A stretch of DNA of 64,000 nt from Raillietiella orientalis. Its lineage: Eukaryota. The position numbers and the translations under genes are program-made. This document shows positions 53,230-64,000 of the stretch, piece by piece. The notes below the pieces were generated by a model, which did not search any database, was not told where the DNA came from, and worked only from the letters and a program-made list of their open reading frames with translations. Location of the stretch: the NCBI GenBank assembly GCA_036172245.1, contig JAYWIR010000013.1, positions 1,550,001 through 1,614,000 of the forward strand. Reading direction: 5' to 3'. Position 1 is the stretch's first letter. The number at the start of each line of letters is the position of its first letter.

Positions 53230-54560
53230 AGGCACTTCCGATACCATGGAGGAAATTTTTTGGAACCGTCGGCATGAAATGACTCCGCCTGGGAGTTCAG
53301 CCGGTTCGGCAGCGATGCTGCTTTCCACTCCTCACTTTCCCGCTTGGATCGTTGAGCCACTTCTTGAGGTGCAGGGAGACGTGGCACTGGTCACTGGGCG
53401 CGAGATCAGGACTGGGTGATCAAAAGGTTCCCGTTTGACTTTCTGAATTGTCTGGAAAGTGCAGGCAGCAGTGGTGGGCGCGCACCTCAAGATTTGGCTT
53501 ATGGGTTTGAATCTTCACGACCAGTGTCAACGCCGAGAAATGGGGTGGGTGGGGGTGCGTCGTGAGTTTCGAGTCCTTCCCGCTAGATGACGCTGGTTGA
53601 CCTGGAGGCATAGGGTGCAGTATTGGTGGCATTCCGTTGACTCCACAAGCTGGAGCTTGCTGGCGAATAGGTTACCTTTGGTATGTAGGTAAACCCCATT
53701 ACTGCAGGCATTGCATTGCGTCGGGGCACCGTAAAAAAAGGTGCCTGCACGTGCAATGCCAGCAGTGCAAGGAAGGCGAGCACATCCGTCAGGTGTGTCC
53801 CCAAAATACAGTCCGGGGCAAAAATAAGTAGTTTAATAGAATATCTTGTTTACAACAAAATGGAAGATTTCTTGTTTTAAGGTAAAACTAATATGACAGA
53901 AATATATTTGTAAAATTTAGGATTTAATTATGCCTAGAGCCGTTAGTAATGATTTTTACATGTGATTTAATATTGATTAAAAGAATGAAGTATATATAAA
54001 TTTTAAAAGTAGAATGGGTAGTATTTAATTTTAATTGTAAAAAAATTGAATTAGTGACTATTTAATCCGCACGGAACGCGAAGTGTACGGTAAAACAATT
54101 AAAAAAGTAAGCAGCTCGATCCGCCGCAGAGGACGCGTCTACCGAGCCAAAGACGAAAGCCAGCTCCGAGAACCCGGAGGAAAACGCCGAGAAGGTCGAG
54201 GACGACGGCCAAGAACCTGGATGGCAGGTAGTCGAATATAAGAGGTATAAAACGAATATAATAAAAAAAATAAAGAAAACCTTTAAAAAGGAAGGAATAA
54301 CAACTCGCGAAACGCCACGTGAAAAAGCAGCGTCGCGAAAAAATGAGAGATTGCCACGTGGTAATCGAACGCGTTGCCGCGATCGGCCAGGGTGGCAAAC
54401 TCGCACTCGTCGCCGCCTCGCTCCTCTTACAGTGACAAAGACGAGGAGGAGAGCGATGCGCCGGCGTCCGTACCCTCGGACTCTTGTGTGGAGGCCGGAA
54501 AGGCACCTTCCCTCGGCCTAGCACCCCACCGGAAGACTGGACGCAAGTCCAAAAATCCGC
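53230..54560 (+). mobile_element. L1/Tx1-like ORF1 (gag-like) relic
   Basis: LWYVGKPHY followed by two CX2CX4HX4C knuckles (CRHCIASGHRKKRC, CQQCKEGEHIRQVC). A low-complexity tail with GWQVVEYKR lies in the same frame. Confidence 0.75.
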
Positions 54561-55999
54561 GGAGAATCATTTCCTCCGCCGAAGGGGAACAGATGCCCTC
54601 CGGAAGCGGAGGTGCGATGAGCGTGGGAAACTCGCGGGACTTATTGCCCGTGCACATCCCACGTTTATGTTTACTGAAACCAAGTCGATTCTCACGCATA
54701 CGTGAGACAACCACAGAAAGAATGATGGTATGACAAGCACCTCCTCCTGTAATATTCATTCCAATAACGTACTTGTGGTAATGTAAATGCGGCTTCTAGT
54801 CTGTCTTGTCTCCTGTCGTTCTATGCCGAAATGTTTATCCAAGTAGACGTGGAATACTTCTGGAAGGTGCTTGGCACAGTAGCTGAGCTTTAGGCTGCTT
54901 TTTTGCAAGGGATTCGACGTACGGTATTATGCCTCTGGGAACTTTCCATTTCTCCTCTACGGAAAACGAGTACTTGAAATACAGATGATCCAAACTGGAG
55001 CGTGCACGGTACAATTAATTTGAGTTAATTTGAAATCGTTTAGAATATATTGTACCAGTGTGCATACAAACTGCAATTTGTGTTGAGACCCTTGGTTGCC
55101 CTGTACCGCGAAATGCATGTGTGATACGTTTGTTGAAGTTCCGAAATTCAGCAGTCGTTCAAGCAGAACTCTGCAACAGTCGCTTCTTTTTATTTTTATT
55201 TTATTTTTTGTCAGTTAATCGGTTTTCGTCACAAGTCGGTTGCTTTTGGCAAACAGGTATTTTTTCTTTTTCGACTTATGCGTGTTCTGGTTTGGAACAA
55301 TTTGCCTTCTCTGAATGGTTTCCTGTGTAGATGTAAGCAGCTTGTCAGTAGTGAATTTTACTATGTAAATTCGTAATGTGCTATTTTAAAAGTTTGCTAT
55401 TGTATAAAGTTGATCTTTGCAGCAACCATATCCATACAGATATATTCTATAATTGAAGGCGTTTCAAAGGCAGTGATTAATTTCATAAAGTAGTATTAGA
55501 AATTCCCATCCTCTTAACCAGCTAGGTATCAATTTATGTAAACTGCTTGTCACATTATGCTAATTAGATGTAAATCCACGGAAGAATACAGAGAAGATGT
55601 AAAAAAAACCACTGTACTTATTTGCTCCTTCAGTTTTTTTTACACACAATGTATAATAATTTAACTGTATTTGATAAATGTAATCAGCTTCACTGTAACC
55701 ATAAGGGAGGGTACTCTGTGAAAAGATTAATCTGGAAAGACCAATATGAGAAAAATCAGGTACAGACTACTAACTCATTTTATTTGAATGACTTTATCGG
55801 AAATCTTATTGAAAAGTATTTCTTCTTTTGTCTCCTGACTTGATCAGGTGTGCGTTTTCTGCTACACTTCAATACCAAATTTGTGAAAGTTTCGTAGAAT
55901 GACTCCTAATTCACAATGGACAATGCCACTGCCTTCAGTTTGCAATTTATGACGATTTCCTCCAAGAAAAATGGTTTCATTATGCACCACATGTATGCC

Positions 56000-56900
56000 T
56001 TCATTAAGGAAAAAGCGTCTCGTTTCTGTGCTTAGAGAACCTTGAAGATCAAATAATAAAAGAGTTTTTAAAAGTGTAAAGAGGTACCTGCAGGTCGCCA
56101 AGTTCTGCAAGATATGTTGTGCAAACCTGGTGAAGTAGGCACAAAACAACAACCATATCCTTGTAGAATTATTCGTTCAAATTTGTCAAGTGAATAGACT
56201 TCAAACCAGATTCTGGGCCAGCCTAGAAAACAGTTGAAGGATTGAACATGACTATCAGTCTTTCTTTGTTATGATAAATTACCATTCATTCCTGTTGTAG
56301 CATAATGAACATCTATTGGATGTGACCAAACACTCTTATTGTTTGTGACTGGCACATCAATCTGTGTCTGCCCATTAGTTTTCCCCTGGATTAATTTCCA
56401 TAAGTTTCCTTAAGATACAAAACACTTCACAGATTTAGGCGGAAAATGCTCACCAGAATAAATACCAAATTTGCAAAATAACTGTTTAGATGCAAATTCA
56501 CTAGCACCTTCTACTTGACCAATGATGTGAATCTCTGCCATATTAATAGCTCACCAAAATTGTGCCAAAGATTCTAGTATTCCGAAAATTGATCCAACGG
56601 GAATTCGATTTGTTTGCCATTCATAATGTTCAAATGCGAAAAATGCTTTGTTTCGTTTTTTCCCCGTTGTTTGTTGTGTCGTATCTTTGCACGTGAGAAG
56701 CTGCCAAAATCGCTATTGATTTTCCTTTGATGGAAAGGCGGGTTGCACGATTTGCAAACTTAACGATATTTTCATAAATGGAGAATAGTTCGACTTCAAG
56801 TGGTCGTGCCAAGCATAAGGGATACCGTTGCACAGGGTTGGATAGATTTATGCCCTGACTGTTCCTGCTGAATTGAATAGGCCAAAATAGACCACGCAAA
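56000..56900 (-). mobile_element. Decayed LINE ORF2 post-RT fragment
   Basis: ATRLSIKGKSIAILAASHVQRY matches the LS..GK..i...l.s...Y pattern of L1/Tx1 ORF2. Confidence 0.4.
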
Positions 56901-59900
56901 ATCCACCCATCATATGCATCTCAACCGTACCTCACTGATCTGACAGCTGGGATGAAGCAGCCTCTGCCGTTTGATCGATTTGGCCATCAATCTTTCTTTG
57001 TTTTCCTAGTATCGTTTGGCATACTGGAAGTATGTTTTATAATTCTACAAGGATTTGAACGAATTCTACAAGGATTCAAAATATTTTCATACAAACTTCG
57101 AGATATATGAATCACTACTCATAGCATGTGAACTCTTCCATGAATGTTACAACATGAATGCCTAACATAGTTAATACTTGAGAACTACGAAGTCGAACAG
57201 CAAAACTGAGGCTGACCGGCTTACTTTGACTCTGGAAAGTATTTTTCTTTTTTTCAGGTTCTAGAAATTGACTTTCTGGTAGGAAGGATTTTTTTTTTGG
57301 CTTCCAATGAAAAGCAACATCCCTGAAGAATGTGACAGACGACTTTATGGATGACTCTAAAAATAAACCAATTAAGGAATTGGTTCTGAGAGGCAATTGT
57401 GCTCACCTTGGTATATCTCAAAATTGTTAGGAAACAAAAATTGCATAATGTCTTTCACTGATCACAGGCCGACTTTGAGTATACTGAGCTTACTCTTTTT
57501 GCACTTTGGGTTGTATTCATTCGAGAGAATATTCTTATGTCCTTTTTATTCCGTGTCTTATCCGATTGAGACCCTTTCGCATTTTATAAGAAATGTGACA
57601 GTCGATCGTAGGTACTGACACTTGGCAATTAAGATCATCTCATTTCAGTCAAGTTGATCATGTGCGGAAATTAGCTGTAAATTTCGTAATGCTACATCTG
57701 ACGATTTTAGGAGTATGAATAGGAATGAATTCAACGTAGCAGCCCTGTTTACATCCCATTTTATATTAATTAATTGAATTGCCGTGTCGTGTTCATTATA
57801 AACAATGCTCACACTAGAGTGAACTGTCATTAAAAATGTTTGGAAGCGTTGTAAAAAATATTTTCTTGCTTTAGTAATTTTAAAGTGCTTCTCACAGGTT
57901 TCACTTGTCGAAAACCTGCATTTAATTTGCAGTTTAAAACCCTTGTTAGAGGTATGTCTAATGAATGGGTCGTTCCGAAACTTGAAAACACCTCAGTAAA
58001 ATTACATCATTGCACGTCTGCTTTATATCATTTTCAAATAAAGTACACAGGCAACATGAAGCATAAATGAACGAGCCCCTAAAATTTGAAGTTACCAGAT
58101 ACTCTATTATACTTTCTCTAAACTTCATTTCCAAGATATTGGGAAACACATGGAAGCAACTTAATAGTTAATCCATATACTGAGAGAACGAGGAAATGAA
58201 ATGATACACTTCCTTCTCACGTGCCTATGCATAGATTGAATGTTGCATTCACTCCCATTTGGATTAAGATATATATGTGTGTGTGTGATGCGTGTGTGTG
58301 TGTGTGTAACCATTATAAATTTTTACTCATTCAAAAAAAACTAGATTATATCAAGTAGATTTAAAGCGATAGAGTAAATACTCGATAATATAATGCCTTC
58401 CAGTCTCGTTTGTTTTAGAATATTAAGAACATTTTGAATAGATCGTTGTGCTTTATTTAAAGAGTAACCTTCGTTTGCGAATGACACACAGAAGTAGTAT
58501 TTGCACTCATAGTTCGTAATGAATGACGATTTATTATGTCAATGTTAATGCCTCTGACAAACCTCCGTGATTTCAAGTAGAGCAAAAAGAGTCAACAAAT
58601 CAGATTATTGAAAATCATTAATCATTTAAAAACATCCATTAATTATTTTCCTACAAAGTTAATCTTGAGGAGTCACTTGGTTTCGGTGCTCTTCCTAGAG
58701 TTTTTTTTAAAAGCACAAGAAATATATACATACACATTGTGGTCATCCGAGAGTAAAATTTAGACAAACTCTAAAAAACGAGTTATTGGAGATCCATGAA
58801 CTATTTGCTAATCAATTAATGGATGATCTAAAGACATCTGAAAGAAGGCAATAATTTTCATTTATTTTGCTGAAAATTGGATTATAGATACCTTTTTTTG
58901 TAATCTACCCAAGGAATGCATGCCTGATTTCTGAAGCAAGCAATAAGCTCTCATTAAGTGTTTATGGTATACATGTAAGCACTGCTTGCTAAGATTTGAG
59001 TGTTCTACTAACATCTCTTTTAGTGTACTGATTTTGCTTGAGATGGTTGGGGAAAAATTCCTCTTTAGCCTATAATGCATTGTGATCAGCTAAAGATAGA
59101 TTGAAGATCTTAATATCGAAATCTAAATATTTTTTCCTTGCAATCTGTATTAGTATTGAGCTACTGCGGATTTGACACAGACCAAAGGGTGCTGATGTGA
59201 AACACTTGCTTTCTTTAGTACAGCAGAAGTTGCATCAAATGATCTGTTAATTGAAATCTAATTTCTATTGAGAACACTAATATACATTGCGAATTAAGTA
59301 TTACTCTTTAGTGTTAATTTGGCTCCATTGCACGAATGATTTCTCTGGATTGCATTGTGTTCTCTGTCGGCATTTTACTTTGAATTAGGTATGTATGTAC
59401 ATTTTTAGAGCCTTTCTAAAGGACCTAAACCATTTGAATGGGTTGATCAAAGTAAATCAAAGATTGACATTTCTAAGATTACATAATTTTCAAAGTTCAT
59501 CATGCTAAATACGAGTGTAGATATTGTTGAGTACGTATTCTATAGTTATAAAATAGCATATTCATATTCACTGGTTCCGCTGTAAACTAATTGTATGGAA
59601 TTTTTTTTTGATTATGAATAGTGAGCGCTATCATCATGTTACGTGTACCAAAATGCTACTAGCTGGAAAAGGAAGTTAACAGTATACATCTAGAAAAATC
59701 AAAGATGAGGATATTTCACTGTTTTTTTCTTGTGGTTTTCATCGATTATCCCGACAGCAAAAAGTTTTGAAATTTCCGTTTTCCTCACTGTACAAACTTG
59801 TTGGAACGTAACATTCAGATTATCGTGCTGGCTTTCCATAATCTTAATATCATTTAACATCCGAACTATGTACATAACACAATAGCTATACAATAATCAA

Positions 59901-60099
59901 TTTAATTTAACATTTGAACTTTCCATTTTTTGGTTCATTTTGTGCGATCGTCGTATCCGCTTAGTTTAACTAGAAGTGATTGAGAATTGTATACTGAGAA
60001 TGGCATACTTGGAAGATAAATGAATAATTATTTTAGTTCCTTTGGACTGAGCCGTGTACTCGTTTGTGCTGGCGAGGACAAAATACCGTGGATCACGGA

Positions 60100-60300
60100 A
60101 ATTGTAGTCACGGATTTGATGAGAATCGTTTCCTGCTGATGTGTTGAGAAGCAACGGTGGGTAGGAGTCCTTGCACAGTTGAACTGCCCCTGGCAATTAA
60201 TGATGCATAGCCCATGTACTTGCATTGAGTAATTCTCAATGCATTTGAATCCCTTTGTAGAAATTTGTCGAAGTAAACTGCGCCAGATTGCATAAGGATT
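60100..60300 (-). mobile_element. Possible decayed LTR-retrotransposon integrase core
   Basis: QFTS followed, across a frameshift, by KFLQ...LRITQ...GYASLIARG (QFTS..F...gI....aYhp..nG pattern). Confidence 0.3.
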
Positions 60301-61496
60301 TTAAAAGTCGTGAAGTTTTCATATTAATGCTGCATTTACATTAGCTAGAAAAAGCCAAATCTTCCAAGATCGAACATTTCAGGACCGATTCGTGGATACG
60401 TGTTTTCGCGTAAACAGATTCCAGTTAGCTCATTTTCAATTTATGATAGAAAAAGTGCACATTTGGATATCCATTGGTTTGTATTTTAAGTTTGCATAAA
60501 TATGGAGATTCCCTTTTATGTGAATCAATTACAAATTCTTAACTAACTGTGCTTAAGTAACTGTTTTTCTGTACTCCAGTGGCATATGTAATATTTGTGT
60601 ATTTTTCAGCTGTTTATTTACATTCCATGCCATAAATTATTAAATTTTGATCTCTGAAAAAGAATTCTTATAGAAAAAACAATGGTCAGAGTTGAAAATG
60701 ATGTTGTAAGTTTCATTCTGTTTTAACAATTTCAAAATTATTTGCTGCAATCTTTGTATCAACTTCACTAAAAAGCTATCAGTAGTAATGCATTTTAAAC
60801 CAAAAATCAGCAGAAATTTTGAATTGTGTAAATTGTAAATTTTAGAAGTCAAAAGGGTTTGACAAGTAATTTTAACAAATAGAATATTTACTTGTAAAAT
60901 AAATACATAAATGCACTGTCACAGTACTGATCCTTCCTTGAAGTACAGTAGGTGTGTCTATTGTGAACAGGTGATTCATGAACTGGAACTCAAGCATGCC
61001 ACTTTATTTCAGTTTTTGAGTGAACTGAGCAAAATGTTTCAAAAAAGCAAACTCAAAGGTTCAGTGAGTGTATGCATGAAAAAATGTATGTAGTCTAATT
61101 TCATTCACTTGACATGATTTCATGAATACCAATGTGATTTAGATGATGGTAGAACAAAGCCTAAATTAGACAGATCACAAGGGTCTGATCCAGAGTATAG
61201 CTGCTTATTACGTGCTCGTAATGGGAATCACAAAGTGGCAACAGTTGTAAGAATGTAAACTAGCAATGCATGTTTTGCAACTAAAATACAAATTAGGTAT
61301 ATGCCAAAGATATCAACAAGTTTCAACTTGCCTACAACAACTTATTAAAAGGTAATCTGGACTCTCTAAAAAAAATAAAGAAACCCAAACAAAAAAAAGC
61401 AAAGGAGTCATAGAAAAAGAAACTTGGAAGCACTGTTAAGTATTATTACTGATTAAATAAAAAAGGCTTTTAGTTTCTTTAATGCTCATTCATTGA

Positions 61497-63649
61497 TCAT
61501 AATGAGGTAAACAACTGGGATAAAAGGTTACTCAGTTTAGGGCCAACTTTTATTCCTGTCTGTTCACAAGATAAATTTGCCAATAACATACTCTTGTCTT
61601 TATCAGAACTGCACTTATTATATGCATCCAACAAACATTGTGGTGTTGGATACAGATCTGTTATAAGTTTTGCTTTCCTTGCTGTCAAACCATGACACTG
61701 TATTAACTGCTTAGCAAATGTTTCTTTAACTGTAAGATGCTGCAATTGTGAGCATGATCATTTAAAAAATCACAAACAGCTGAAAAAGGCTTACTTTGTT
61801 TTTCAAACTAGCCTGATTAAAAGTATCAAATAGCAATAGATTATGATCATCCACTTTTCTAGGTGTTTTCCATCCAAACAAACAGGTGCTCTGTGAAGAT
61901 TTATAATAAATACAAAGAATTATTTTGATCTTACAGAATATTTGGATTGTAAGTATTTGGATAGTCCAATTATATAGGCAGCTGTTTCCTTGAAACTTTT
62001 GGTCTCCTTGACTAGAAATTCATCCACAACATTCACATTCACTTTGGCCTGAGTTAAAGTTGCCTCAGGTAATCTTGCATGCTTATGGTTCTCAATTAAG
62101 TAGATAATTTTTGGAATACCACAGTTTTTAAGCCTGAACTTTGCATTCAAAATTATAATTAGCATATAATACATAAAAATAAGTTAACCTTTTGCTCATG
62201 ATATCGCCCATCTTTAATACTCATTGCAAGATCATCTAATCTTTTGCGTTCAATAACTATTGGTAAAACCAATTCAGCTAGGCAAGTTGCATCAGAAGAC
62301 AGGTTACAGCACACCCACAAAAAGTCTCCAACATTGAGTTTACGAACATTGTATTTGATTTCATGTTTCTTCAATTCTTCCAAGATGCTAGAGTGTTTCT
62401 TTCCAGTAACAGACACCCTATACTCATCAGATAAAAACTGCATCCCTTTTAGACTCACTTATCAACCACTTCTGCTTGGTCCACATACAAAATAATTTCA
62501 AATTGTCCAGGTGCTAAAATGATATCAGGCTTGGCAGACAAGTTGAGATTCAAGTTTGATCTTGTTGCATTGCAAAAACCAATGTTTTTCAAATGTGAAC
62601 GTTCTGCCACAAACTGATCAGATGAGTAATCTTGAATAATCTCACAATCTGAGTCTGAATCGGCATTTCCATACTGTGAAGTAGGAGGATGACTACTTGA
62701 TCCACATGTAAATCTATTGATGGATTTTTCTGGCAGTGTAGCTGCAAAACATCATTCTCATACCAGTGATTGCATTACATGAACTTTTGGAAATAGAAAA
62801 AAGTACCTTGAATTTAGTTGCAACAATTATTAGGTCACTAGACAGTAATTTGTGGTAATAGTCTACGTACATGCATCAGATTCCACATGTAAGTTTCTAT
62901 TCCATTTATGTTTAGCATTGCACAAGGGCTGAGGAGATAAGTTCATGTCCTGCTTACTCTAAATGCACGAAAAAAGGAAAAACTTCGATTGACAAAATTT
63001 GGGTTTTCTTATCATACCTCTAAACCATTAATCTTTGAACATAATGGTAGTGACTTGCTATTTTCTTCAACTGATGAACAATAAACTTCCCTATCTCCTA
63101 TACATGTACCACTAGAACCTAAGGCAATGAAACAAATACATTTACATTCCTCTAACTTGAAGTTGTAAGAATATATGATTTTGGACAATTTTCATCCAAC
63201 TATGAAAGCAAATTCATTCAAGTACCATTCTCTTTCAAATGTTTTTCAAGTCTCTCATCAATCATGGTGCAAATTTCTGTCCCAAAATGTTCTAAGATCC
63301 TGCATTCTTGTCCACTTTTCAAATTTAATGGAAACTTACTTAGTGATTCCAAGGCCTGAAGTGATTCATCACAAATATGAGAAATGAAATTTCAAACTTG
63401 GTAAGCTTAATGCTAGGTTTTCAATTTACCTTGCTGAAGGCACAAAATCGCTTTGGATTTTTACGCCTGGCTTCATTTCTCCACTCTAATAACCAAGAAG
63501 TGAACCATGGATTGACTGTATTATTAATTCTTTTGCATTTTGATCGAAAAGGTATTCGATTCTCTTGCTTTGTTTTTCCCTGAAAGGAAGTTAACATCGA
63601 ATGCTTTACTATACGGAAAACAGCAAAATACTTTTCTTTTCATTAACAT
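61497..63649 (-). CDS. MUS81: Crossover junction endonuclease MUS81
   Basis: Exons (63649-63632 tentative), 63579-63430, 63355-63226, 63118-63018, 62958-62871, 62741-62459, 62417-62189, 62138-61935, 61890-61795, 61739-61497. N-terminal NPWFTSWLLEWRNEA...ALESLSKFPLNLKSGQECRILEHFG; ERCC4 nuclease VRKLNVGDFLW...IERKRLDDLAMSIKDGRYHEQKFRL; C-terminal HhH FAKQLIQCHGL...YPTP...VGPKLS. Confidence 0.93.
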
Positions 63650-64000
63650 GCATACTCTTCATAACTTTACACAAGCATTGCATTGCTGAGCATTTCGAAA
63701 ACACTGGGGCAGCAAACGATTATATGCGTTAGCTGCCCCAGTTCGAAAAACCGCGTTTACATAACCTTAACAGGTTTACACAGCACTGCTTTTTAAACGA
63801 TATAAAATTGCAAACAAGGTCTTGATCATTCAAAGACAGATTCATTTAATGTGTGAGCATTTTTGAGATCCTTCATAAAAAGTCAATGAAAGATACTGGA
63901 TTTTGTCGATATTGAACGCAGTTTTTTTTCATACTAATTATAGATGATTACAACAAATTCAGGAGAAAACGAGCAAACTGAAAGTTAAACATCAATTATT

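Noticed and set aside
1336..63631. Apparent excess of 3n-length introns
   Set aside because: About 18 of ~40 short introns by hand count, with none in Mus81; too few to separate from the one-third expectation
1..64000. tRNA, rRNA, snRNA genes and CRISPR arrays
   Set aside because: None recognised by eye; tRNAscan-SE and Infernal would be needed to exclude small RNAs

Overview
Animal (probably arthropod; inferred) nuclear DNA with six multi-exon genes and mostly 41-70 nt GT-AG introns. On the + strand are Sin3A (1126/1136-5272) and a Canopy/seele ER protein (6276-7094). On the - strand are a DNAJB13-like gene (26551-17401), a KIF20-type kinesin-6 (39290-34577), Drp1 (49476-42650) and Mus81 (~63649-61497). 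Intergenic DNA and the long introns hold decayed L1/Tx1-like non-LTR retrotransposon relics. Housekeeping gene bodies are CpG-poor, while most transposon relics and DNAJB13 are CpG-rich. Two signals stand out. (1) Sharply bounded, strand-biased C-depleted tracts lie inside LINE relics (53829-54110 and ~14400-15750); in the first the ORF1 frame is kept and every stop is TAA/TAG, which suggests patchy RIP-like or deaminase hypermutation. (2) An intronless, frameshifted bacterial-type M48 peptidase fragment (9659-9955) looks like an endosymbiont (Wolbachia-like) transfer. All calls come from manual reading and hand counts; no searches were run.
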